A stretch of 64,000 nt of DNA from the human T2T-CHM13v2.0 reference genome, Homo sapiens: assembly GCF_009914755.1 (NCBI RefSeq), contig NC_060934.1. The stretch is one strand, 5' to 3'. Positions within the stretch are counted from its first letter, which is position 1, and each line of letters opens with the position of its first letter. The translations under genes were made by a program, and so were the position numbers. Below are positions 12,769 through 24,805 of this stretch, in pieces. The notes beneath the pieces are model-generated. The model saw nothing but the letters and a program-made list of their open reading frames with translations, ran no database searches and was not told where the DNA came from.

Positions 12769-13970
12769 AGTCCTGGGGAATAGAAGTCAAAGGGCATTGA
12801 CCGCCCCCGCCGCAGCTGACAGTGGAGAGGCTATCTAAGGATGTGGCATGTTGGGGAATTCAGAGTGGGCCTGGGAAAGAAACTACCACTGACATTTGGA
12901 TCAAATCCATTCTTCATATTGACTTGTGGAAAGGGACACAGCTGAATGCCGGGTGATAGAGAAACACAACATCCTCATGCCGGTGACAAGAAGAAGGTTG
13001 GGCTGGTCAGGGCAGGAACAGCTTGTTAGGGCAAGGGCCACAGCTCCTCCGTGTATGTGAGCCCGTGGCCTCTGCCATGTCCACTCAGGGGAAAGGGTGG
13101 AGGCAGAACAAGGTGTTGCATGCACAGAACAATCCAAACAGGAAGAATGCAAGAAAGGAAAGGAATGTTCTGGAATAATGGAGGGGTGCTACAGACACAT
13201 CAGCCAGTAGTGCCCAGGCCAAGTCAGACAGAAAAAAATTTAAGTCCAAGAAAATCGTGTGGTGAAACCCTGTGAAGTGGACATTCCCTTGAACCCTTTT
13301 AGCAATCCTGAAGGTGTTCTCCGTTTCTGAGGAGTTTGGGTATACCATTTTTTGACTCTCCCTCTCTGTGACTCTCCCATTTTCATCTGTTCTTTTTAAT
13401 TACTGTGTTCTGGCCTCTCCTGGTTTAATTGCTCAGTGTCTGTCATGTGGCGGGCATCTCATTAACAGGACGCCTTCTTCGGTTCTTACTTAGCAAAAGA
13501 TGATCCATGACCCGCGCTCAGTGTGCGGCTTTGCAGAGCTGGCTTCTGTTCCAGATGACTTGCTGAGTTAGCAGGGCTGGCTGGTCTGCTGAACAGTCCT
13601 CCTGGTGTTCCATATGCACGGGGATGCTAATTAGTGAGGAGGACCCTCCGCAAGTTCACGCCGAGAGACCATCAAAGTTTCAGAGCTTCTCTCCAAAGGG
13701 CTGGATCTGTCCACAGCCTCTGTCTTCCATTTCTTCTTTTCCTGTGCCTTATTGAGATATCGTTTTTTTTTTCTTCTCATTTTGTTCCCCTATCCATTCA
13801 CCTCCTCAGCACACAGTGGCCAAGTCTTCCATCTGTCACCAAGTCATCCCTCACTCCCCGGACACGGAGTGTCTACGTAAGATGCCCATGCCAATGCTGG
13901 GTCCCAAGGCGCTGCTGGAGAGGGGGCAGTGGCTGTTATTGAGGTTGTTGTGTGGTTTACGTCTTCGTGA

Positions 13971-14331
<361 letters not shown>

Positions 14332-14357
14332 TTGTTTTTGACTTTTAAAAAGGAGTC

Positions 14358-15225
14358 TGACCACAATGAGACACCACTTCAGATCCATTAGAATGGCTCC
14401 TAGCAAAAAAACAAAATCACAAGTGTTGGTGAGAACGCGGAAGCATTAGAACCCTTGTGCACTGTTGGTGGGAATGTCAAACAGTGCATCACTATGGAAA
14501 ATTAAAACCAGAATTACCATATGATTCAGCCATTTCACTTGTGGGTATATACGCAAAAGAAGTGGAAGCAGGAACTTGCACAGGTACTCACACCCCCATG
14601 TTTATAGCAGCATTATTCACGATTACCAAAAGGTAGAAGCAACCCGAGTGTCCATCAGTGAATGAATGGATAAATAAAATATAGTGTATCCATGGAATGG
14701 AATGGGATTCAGCCTTAAAAAGGAAGGAAATGCCAACACATGCTACAACCTGCATGAACCTTAAAGACCTTATACTCAGTAAAATAAGCCAGTCACAAAA
14801 GCACAAATACTGTGTACTTGCACCTGAATCAAGTTCCTAGAGGAGTCAGATTTATAGAGAAAGGAAGTGGAATGGTGGTTGTCAGGGGCCGGGGACGGGA
14901 GGAATGGACAGTTTGGGTTTCATGGGGCCAGAGTTTCTGTGAATGGTGGTTGTCAGGGGTCAGGGGTGGGAGGAATGGACGGTTTGGGTTTCACGGGGAC
15001 AGAGTTTCTGTGAATGATGGTTGTCAGGGGTTGGGGGCGGGAGGAATGGACAGTGTGTGTTTTATGGGGCCAAAGTTTCTGTTTTAAAAGATGAAAATGT
15101 TTTGGAGACGGATGGTGGTGTTGGCTGCACAGCACTGAGCATGTACTTCATGCCACTGCTGCACACCTAGAAATGGTAAGATTGTAAATTTTATGTTACA
15201 TGTGTTTTATCACAGTTTTAAAAAC
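14358..15225 (+). mobile_element. L1MB-like 3' end
   Basis: accacaatgagacaccacttc...agaacccttgtgcactgttggtgggaatgt...aagcaacccgagtgtccatcagtgaatgaatggataaa...gtaaattttatgttacatgtgttttatcaca. Confidence 0.9.
14870..15082. repeat. Three tandem copies of a 71-bp unit inside the L1 3' UTR
   Basis: Units start at 14870, 14941 and 15012 (gaatggtggttgtcagggg...agagtttctgt). Confidence 0.93.
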
Positions 15226-17070
15226 GAAGCCCAAATCCCTGGAGGAAATCTTGAGAAATATTTTACATGAATAGAAATTAGAAGGAACTCAAGGGTGGCA
15301 GGCAGGCACCGCCTCCTGATGAAAATTTGTCTCCTACATCAGTGCCTTCCACATAAATTAATGAAACCTCCCAGACAGTCTGTTGGTGACTGAGAGGGAA
15401 CCAAGGGGATCTCAGGGAGGGTCATGGGATGTCTGAGTTTGTCAGGATAAAGCATCCCTTGCCCAGGAACATGCAGGCGCTGGCTGGCAGCCCGGCTTCT
15501 GCTTCGCCAGGAGTCCGGGCATCGCGGAGATTCATCTTCGTCCTGGCACCCACCATGCGGTGCCCAGCCAGCCCTGCACTTGGTCGGCCCTGCTCGAGAA
15601 TCCAACCTGGTTCCATTTTCAATTTTGGAAGCGTTGTTGCGGATTAAAAACCGGTCAAATGATGGGAAAGAGTCAGAGAGAACAGCTGCTCTGTCCCCGC
15701 CATCCTGCCAAGGCCTAAATGAGCCTCCAGGAAGCTTCAGAGAGATGAGGGATGCATTTCCCAGCAGGAGTGATGCATGGCCCAGGAATGGCAAGTCACG
15801 TCGGGGGCTTGTGGCACCCTGGGGAGGACCTGTCAGTGCAGCGCCAACTGGCTGCCAGTGCCCATGCACACACGATGGAAACTTGATCGGTCAAGTTTCT
15901 GATGAAACTTTAAGGACAGTAACAATAGGGACATATGACAACCTTGGCTGTTCCTAATCACGTGGTTAATCTATTTAGCTCTTCGTAAAACGATGCACAA
16001 GGACGGGATACACGAAGCAACCAGTCATTTGCTGTCACCTGAGTGTTGGTACATTTTCTCCACCTCCTTTTTGCCTGTCTTTTACCTGTAAACTTCATCT
16101 TCATTTGAATAGCTTAAAGAGCACTGAACACTTTGGTATATAAGTCAAAGATGGAACTTCAAGATTGTCTTCTCCCGACCCATGTTGAGGGAGCTGTCAA
16201 TCAATAGGTTGGGTGGATAACAAAAAATGAATTATTGTTTCTTGTCTGGCACAGGCTCAGCCTCAGCACCAAAGCCCAGGTGCCCCTCGGACACCTCAAC
16301 TTCAGCTGCGGCTTCCTCCTGAGGAGTTGGGGTAGGGCACCCTTCCCAAGCACCCTCCAAAGACCTTCTGTAAAACCCTCAATTTCAAGGCTGTGCAGAG
16401 CCAGATGTGGGTCTCTTTTGATGGGGTAACCATTTGCCCAGGCAGGTCTTCAGGCAGGAGAAAGCAAGCCCACCTCTGTCTCTGAGGCCACTGGATCTAA
16501 AGGATCTGTCAGTGTTGGCTTCTCTCCAAGCGAGACTTCTTTCTGCTGGAGCAGAACAGTGCAGTGGAGGTGGGAGGCAGGAGGATGCCCCAGGAAAGAG
16601 GCGAGACACGAGACATGAAGGGTGGGAGGGGGAGGCTGAGTCAGGGGCTGCTAGTGGCTGTCACCATCAACAGCAAATAACTTTGGATATGGAGGTCTAG
16701 GTAGAATTTTCATTGTTGTTTGACCTTATTTACTATTAAAATGATATTAAAGCATAATTTAGACAATAGTTTTTTCTTTGTTTTTTTTACACAAAGATGT
16801 TTATTTTTGGTGTTCCCATTCACTTTTTATTCATATCTGCTCAGAGTAGCATGCTTTCTCATTTAACATGAGAAAATAATAAAAATAATTGTGATGGCTA
16901 TAATGTACATACATAATTTTAAATAGTTTCAAAAAGTAGATCTAGTTGACATATATTTAAGAGTTCCCTCTGCTGCAGATTTTAGGTTATTTTTAATCTT
17001 CAGTTTTTATGAAAAGATAAGAAATATATATCTTTGTAAAAAGAGTTTTTTTTTTTTCATTTTGAGTTAA

Positions 17071-17516
<446 letters not shown>

Positions 17517-17714
17517 TAGGATTAACACTTATTTTCAAACTGATTTTTATGTGCATCATTTTAATGAGTACATCCTTGAGTGGGTAGCTGACTGGAGCAG
17601 TAATCGCATGTCTGGAATCTTCTCTTTCTTGTCTTAGCTACACTGGTCTGTAAATATTTATTCATGCTAGTATTTGGAAGTCCTGCTGTACTCATCTTTG
17701 GACATGCTTTGGCA

Positions 17715-18125
17715 GAAAGCACAGATGAGGTTCTGTCTGTGATGGTCTAGCTGGGGAGTAGAAAGGTGAGCACATAAGTCATTATACAATCATAGATGAT
17801 GATGTGTTCCACAAAGGACAAGGAAACGTGTTGTGAGAGGCAGTACCCAGGCAGACTTGCTCCAGATAGGAGTTCAGGGAAGGAGTCTCTGAGGAAAGTG
17901 GAATGAGGCTGAGGAGGTGGTGGTGGAAGGGAAGTGGAAGGACTCTCCCGGCAGAGGGAAGAGAAGGTGCGAGGGTTAAGGGTGGGAAAGGGCACCACAG
18001 CCGAGGCCCCCATGGGAGGAGGTAGAAACACGGTTAGAAAAGCAGGCGGGGATTAGATCCTGACCTTGCAGTCTGGGTGGAGGAGTCAGGTTGGTCTTTC
18101 AGTACGTAGAAACACAATGAATTGC
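17715..18125 (-). mobile_element. L2 fragment
   Basis: gtctagctggggag...tcagggaaggagtctctgaggaaagtg...gcagagggaagagaaggtgcgaggg antisense L2 landmarks. Confidence 0.6.
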
Positions 18126-18999
18126 CTACACACATTCTCATAAGAGCACAGGTTTTTGTTGTTTATATCTTGACCCAAGACAATTTCCCTGAATCCACTT
18201 GGGAGGTTTCTGGGGGACCAGCTAGGGGAGAAATTTGACCAGCTAGGTTGCCCTGGACCTAGAGAATGGTTTCCAACTTGAGATCCTGGCATTTCATTGC
18301 TAGGTTGTGGTCTACTTCAAACCCTTCACACCAAACTGTAGATAAATTTTGCAAGATAAATGCATTGCAGATGACCACATCGATCTCTTGCTTTAGATGT
18401 AGACAGCTGGAAAGTAGCTTAGAGTGCTTCTGTAAAAGTGGAAGTCACAAGGACTTAGCCTAGGTCAATTTTTTACTTGTCAAAAATAGTACAGTTACAT
18501 CAAAGATACCTAGAGAAACTTTCTCTAGGCTTGAAAAAAAAATCCCTTCTCTTCCAGGGAAGTCTACTTAATGTGACCACTTACTGCTTTTTTACTCCAA
18601 CCTGTGTATCCACATCAGAACTAAACTCTTCCATTACAGAGGACTGCCTCTGGGTCCTTCTGATAACTGTGCCGCGGCACTTCTGCCTGTGGGTCTCAAA
18701 ATGACTCATTTTCCCATGAGTTGTGTTTATAATCTTGTACAGTTTGGGGAATTAATCTGAAAAAGAGACTGGGCTGGCAATAAAAATGTAGCAAATGAAT
18801 TGCTAATTATTATAACCATCGCTCTGAGCTTTTGTTGGTTACCTGCTGCCTGTGCTGTTTCTGTTAAAAAAATAGCCATTTATTATTATGGTTTTGAATT
18901 AAACATGTTGATAAACAACCATATTTAGAATCATGCAGACATCTGATGTCAATGGACATTTGTGTTTCACCTTGTTGTAGTCCATAAAACTCATTCTGA

Positions 19000-19645
19000 A
19001 TTTTAATTTGTTATTGAGGTGTAATACATACAATAGAATGTGTAAAGGCTATTACTAATCTTCAATGCACAGTCTGATAAAATTTTATCTCTATGTACAC
19101 TCTGATCAAGATATACAGCATTTCCAGCCCCTAGAGGTTTCCTCCATTCCCCTCTTATTCAATACAACCCTCCCCAAGGGAGCCACTATCCTGAGTTCTT
19201 TCATCTTCCATTAGTTTTTCTTGTTCTTTACTTTTATATAAATAGAATCATGCCATATGTACTATTTTGTGCTTGGCTTCTTTCCCTCAACATAATAACG
19301 TAGTAACAGAGACTCAGGCTTGTTACATGTATCAGCAGCCCGTTTTCCATTCAGTTCCACGGTTTGTTTATTTGTATTCCTGTTGATGGACGTCTGGATT
19401 GTTTCCAGTTTGGGGCTATGACAAACAGGGCTGCTATAACTATCCTTGTCCTTTTTGGACATGTCAACTCATTTTTCTTGGATATGTCTAGGTGTGGAAT
19501 TACCGGGTCATAGGGTGGGTGTATGTTTAGCTTTAGTAGATCGTGCCAAGCCCTTTTTAAAAGTGGTTGAACTAATTTACACTCCCACCAGTAGTATATT
19601 AGTAGCTCCCATTGCTCCGTATCTTTGCCAACACTTGGCCTTGTC
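19000..19645 (-). mobile_element. Old L1M (L1MB8/L1ME-like) 3' end
   Basis: ttattgaggtgtaatacataca...gatcaagatatacagcatttccagc...gttgatggacgtctggattgtttccagtttggggctatgac...ttacactcccaccag. Confidence 0.85.
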
Positions 19646-19949
19646 TCACAATTAATTTAATATGAGTATATGTAAGGGGTGTGTGTGTATGTCCAGGGTG
19701 AAAGGGGGAATAGGATGTCTAGTAAGTGTTGAGATTATACTGGGTGCCTTAACTCTTTAGGCCTGGGTTTCAGGAACGATGGTCAGAGATGAGGGGTGGG
19801 GTCCATCTGGAAGGTGGTGTTGGCCGGGAGTGAGCCAAGGGATGAGACACTCCCTGAGGACAGTGAAGCAGGGTGTTTTCAGCACCACTTGGAAACCTAC
19901 ATAAGATGCCCAAATACACAAAGAATATTTTGGAAGAATTTTTGCCTTA

Positions 19950-20447
19950 CCTGGAGTTATAAGTCAAGGTGCTGGCAAGAAATATATCGCATACTGGCAT
20001 TAGTCTGTTCTTTCACTGCTGTAAAGACATACCTGAGACTGGGTAATTTAGAAGTAAAAGAGATTTAGTTAGCTTATGGTTCTGCTGGATATACAGGCTT
20101 CTACTTCTGGGGAGGCCTCAGGAAACTTACAATTATGGTGAGGGTGAAGAGGGAGCAAGCATGTCTTACATGGTGGGAGCAGGAGGAAGAGAGCAAGGGG
20201 GAGGTGCTACACACTTTTAAACAACCAGGTCTCATGAGAACCCTATCATGAGCCAGCACTAGGGGAATTATTCTAAACCATTAGAAACCACCCCATAATC
20301 TAATCACCTCTCACCCGGCCCCACCTGCAACACCACAGATTATAATTCAACATGAGATTTGGGTGGGGACACAGAGCCAAACCATATTAATACTCAAACT
20401 GGATAATCTGGGAAGTTAATAAAGGGACTATTTACAAGAGGTGGAGG
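19950..20447. mobile_element. Fragment of an ancient ERVL-class LTR split by the MST insertion (subfamily uncertain)
   Basis: Rejoined flanks gcaagaaatatatcgcatact/caaactggataatctgggaagttaataaagggactatttacaa resemble the element at 29940-30420 (gcaggaaacagg...agtttagtaaggggactatttacc). Confidence 0.5.
19996..20389 (-). mobile_element. MSTA-like MaLR solo LTR
   Basis: Full LTR text; 5-bp TSD atact at 19991-19995 and 20390-20394. Confidence 0.92.
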
Positions 20448-20544
20448 CATGGCCAGTGCCTATGTTATCATTTGCATTTGTCATGATTTGAATTTTCACC
20501 ATAGCCCCAGCTCTGTTGACCTGAAATCACAAACATACTTCTCT

Positions 20545-21057
20545 AGTCCTGTTGGTTTTGCCTCCCAGCATCCTCTTATCGTCTTTCTGATCACCACATC
20601 TCCAACTCTCCTCTACGTAAATGTGCCCACCAAAACAGCCAATGTATGTGGGTGAAATCTGTGTCCAAGGCTAAGCCAAGCAACACATCCAATCCCCTTG
20701 GCTTTAGTAATTAGCTTAGAGACAGGCTCATAAATCAACTCATGCTGATGGGGCCAAAAAGATTTACTCATGGAACTTTTGTTGAGGTATTGGTAGAGGT
20801 CAGGGTGCTCTGTGTTCTGAGGATATGGTCTTGAAGCCTACAGGAACCCTGCAGGGAAGCTGAGAACAAAGCCAGGGAAGAAGAGCTGAGAGAGACACCC
20901 TGGTGGCATCGGCTAAGTCATGGGCTGGCCAAACCAGGAGCCCAAATGTACCTATGTACTATGTGGCTACAGAAAACAATTGTTCCTTGCTTAGGCTTAA
21001 GCCAGTTTTCACTGTGTGTTCTGTTGTTTGCAACCAGAAGAGTTCTACCTAATGCAG
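20545..21057 (+). mobile_element. Old MLT1 MaLR LTR (MLT1J/K/L-like)
   Basis: 3' end ttaagccagttttcactgtgtgttctgttgtttgcaaccagaagagttctacctaatgca matches the old MLT1 terminus. Confidence 0.6.
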
Positions 21058-21307
21058 AGGAAGCTGGAGTTTAGGCAGTCACTGATCACCATATTTTTTC
21101 CCATTTCACATATTTTAGGATTTAAGTTAAACACTGGTTATGAAGTAGATGTTCCTCACCCACCACCAGTAGGCTGGGCTTTGCACTAGTGATGTGATTG
21201 CACTTTTAGTCATCACCCCATACCTAGTATTAGTGGCAACATGCTCATGAAAGAGCTTGGCTGTGCCCCAGATAAGTATAAAGATGGCTGGTAAGAAGCC
21301 AAGGCTC

Positions 21308-21658
<351 letters not shown>

Positions 21659-21714
21659 TTACATTACGCATGAGATAAAGCCAGTGCGGCAGGTGAGAGG
21701 TGAATGTCGAATAA

Positions 21715-21945
21715 CAGAGAGGCACTGTGTGGTCTAGGCAAATGTACCTACACAGTGAGATGCGAGAGAGCTAGGCTCAACTTCTCCCTAGCCATGTCAG
21801 CCCCCAGTACCTCATTCAGTTCTTTTGCCAGAAAATGAACACTAATGACCTTATCTTGAAGCTTTGAGTATTGGGAGAATTCAAGTTAAATATGATGCAT
21901 GCAACAAGCATGAAACAGATGCAGGGAAAGAAGTAGATTCCTCCC
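21715..21945 (+). mobile_element. MIR SINE, diverged
   Basis: gcactgtgtggtctagg...agctaggctcaac...gaaaatgaacactaatgacc...tgggagaattcaagttaaatatgatgcatg. Confidence 0.5.
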
Positions 21946-22279
21946 ATCAACAGAACAATTTGCAAGAGTATGCCTTGCACATGGTTTCATGTCACTTCCT
22001 CTCTGTTGTGCTTGTATGTGCACGTGTGTGATTATTTTGTTTGTATTTTTATTGTTTTGAATTTCTCTTTCTCTCCTCTGGCTGATTTTGCTGGAGGGGT
22101 TAATATAGTTCTACTTTCCCCACTCTTAACCCCAAGAGGTCACTGGGGAAGAAAATATCTCATTGGTGAGACACAGGTTTTTCTGGGTGAGAGACAAGTC
22201 ATAACAATATGTGCAAGGGTGGGGCTGGCTAGGACTTTCAGTTTGGAACCTTCGTTGCTATTCTATTGGTATGGCTGAG

Positions 22280-23240
22280 ATGTAGACAGTCTAACGTCCT
22301 TGCTGGAATGGCCCAATCTGTCTTCTTGCTTCAAAGCGGAATATTTTTCTGCCTTTCAACTCAGCTGGGCTGCAGGTTGTTCACCATTTGCCTATTCATC
22401 CTTATTGTTGTGGTGAAATGCAAATGAAGTCGTCTTTGATGTATTAGAAGCATAATAGCAATTTTCTGACTTTCTTTCCCAGAGCCAAAGTCTTCCCAAA
22501 CCTCAGCACCAGGGAGATGATCTTAAGAGTGGTAGGATTGTCCTGGAGCCAGGCTGGTGAACATGTTACCTTTTCTGTTAGGAGACATTCATTATCAAAT
22601 CAGATTGTCAGGGAGTAACCTCGAGACTCCAGGAGAGAAGAGAAGGGATTTTTATTTTTGATGCAGAAAGTCGGAAAGTAATTAGTATGCATTAATTACA
22701 AATGACAATGATAATAATAATAATAATAATGACGTTTTGAATTGGTGCCTAATATGACAGTTGATTTGAGCTCCTTGCCAGACTTCATATCTATGGTTGC
22801 TGCCTTTCAAGTGGTCACGCATCCATTTTGAGATATGACAGTGATAGTCTCTTTTGAAACATTTAATTGCTGGCATTGTTTATTGAGAGAATTTTATAGC
22901 CTCTCTTAGGCATCTAATTTCACACAGCATCTGCTATGGATGTCACTGATTTAAGTATTTAGAAGAGAGAGTAGAAAGTAAATGGAGAAAATAAAATATT
23001 ACATAATTCATTGCTATGGAGGGACAAAAGAGTTTTGCTTGGACAATCAACACCTTAGAAGCTGCCGTACCCATAATCAAATGTGCGCCATATTTTGCCA
23101 AGTATCCCGGGCTGTCACATCTGCCATCACCACCTGTGATCATTTTCTTCCTCTTTTGCGCTAAATAATCAATTACAAGATTCTAGGTTTTTCTCCCTTT
23201 ACTCATTTATTACTGGCTCAAGACCTTGCTTCCAGTAGTG
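22280..23240 (-). pseudogene. Degenerate DDE transposase fossil, Kolobok-like
   Basis: Colinear minus-strand motifs: LEPVINE from 23222; GDGRCDSPGYLAKYG 23131-23087; RDYHCHISKWMRDHLKGSNHRYEVWQGAQ 22852-22766; NECLLTEKVTCSPAWLQDNPTTLKIISLVLRFGK 22593-22492; RLH..AFHHNN ~22432-22404; stops and frameshifts between blocks. Confidence 0.78.
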
Positions 23241-23439
23241 CCAGAGTGAGGACGCAGGAGCTTTCTGCTTCGGAGGACAGGACAGACGATTTGTGAATCA
23301 TTAATTGGGCTAAGGACAGATACAGTCATTGACAAAGTGTGTGAATATCTGCTTTGAAAATGCTTTTAAAGTATAAAAATTCACAAAATTCCATGCTGCT
23401 GAAGTTTTGGGGCTGAGCCAGGCTCTCTCTGGGCTATCA

Positions 23440-23870
23440 CTGGGAGGGTTAAATTGTCACAAACTTTCTAGAGAGCAATTTGACACATGCATTGCTTTAC
23501 CATTTAACCCAATATTTTCTATTCTATGAAGCCATCCTAAGAAAATGATCAGTGCCTAACACATATTAGATGCTCGAACATGGTGAACTGAATGAAAATA
23601 TAAAGAAGGATATACATAAAAAGAAATGCATTGTAGCACTAATCCCCCTCCACTAAAAGAAACAATATAAATGTTCAGTAAAAGGCAACCATTAAAGTGT
23701 AATGGAGTATTATGTGGTAATCAAAAATGAGGTTTACTGAGTTTCTAATAGGACAATGATACTTATAAAATGTTAAGCAAAAAGGAATATAAAACTATGT
23801 ATTCTGTGACCTCAAGACAGACATGCATGGGAAAGAGAAGAGTGGTAAAATTATACCCTCATAAAAATTG
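23440..23870 (+). mobile_element. L1ME-like 3' fragment (continues ~24170-24240)
   Basis: gggagggttaaattgtcacaaactttctagagagcaatttgaca...aatggagtattatgtggtaatcaaaaatga. Confidence 0.55.
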
Positions 23871-23871
23871 A

Positions 23872-24169
<298 letters not shown>

Positions 24170-24644
24170 AAAATTAGTTCTTTATATCTCTGTATTGTTC
24201 AAAGTTTCCACAATGAACACACATTATAAAGATCTGTATTTGTGTTAACAATGTAATACTTTAAATATGCATGAAGTAAGTAAAATATTCTGCAAAAAGA
24301 TCCCATTACTCTAAGAAATATACAAAAATATAAATTACTCTCCATCATTCTCACATCTACCCTTGTAAACGGATGCTAGATTTTCTTTAGAGTGTTTTAC
24401 AGAGAGAAGGCAGGCATCATATCTGAAGGTCTTTGTGGTACCCACATGGTCCTAGTTACATGTAAAGGCAGACAAGAAATAGGATCGAAACATGGTCTGG
24501 TCACATCGGGATCTTCATGGTACACTGCGGGGTCACATGTATACCCAAGTCAAGCTGGTGCAGCGGAGCTATTAAAGAAGTGCTTGGTAGAAGATAACCT
24601 GAGACTAAGGAGATTTCTGATTGAGGGGTGGTGTGCTCTAGATT

Positions 24645-24805
24645 TGAGATGTTGAAAATGTGACTTGTGGACTAACAACGTCACCACCTGGAAGCTTATT
24701 AGAAATTCTGAATTCCAGGCCCCCCAGACCCACTGCACTGGAATCTGCTGTCAGTAAGATCCCCGGTTAAGCCCAAGGTTGATCCAAGGTTAAGAGGTGC
24801 TACTA
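24645..24805. mobile_element. MER5-like hAT-Charlie MITE
   Basis: caccacctggaagcttattagaaattctgaattccaggcccccagacccactgcactggaatctgc...aagatccccgg. Confidence 0.7.

Noticed and set aside
18509-18529. Perfect 10-bp-arm palindrome cctagagaaa-c-tttctctagg
   Set aside because: Short enough to occur by chance in 64 kb; no supporting context
22502-22522. RE1/REST-like ctcagcaccagggagat
   Set aside because: Right half-site deviates from GGACAG; better explained as part of the transposase fossil
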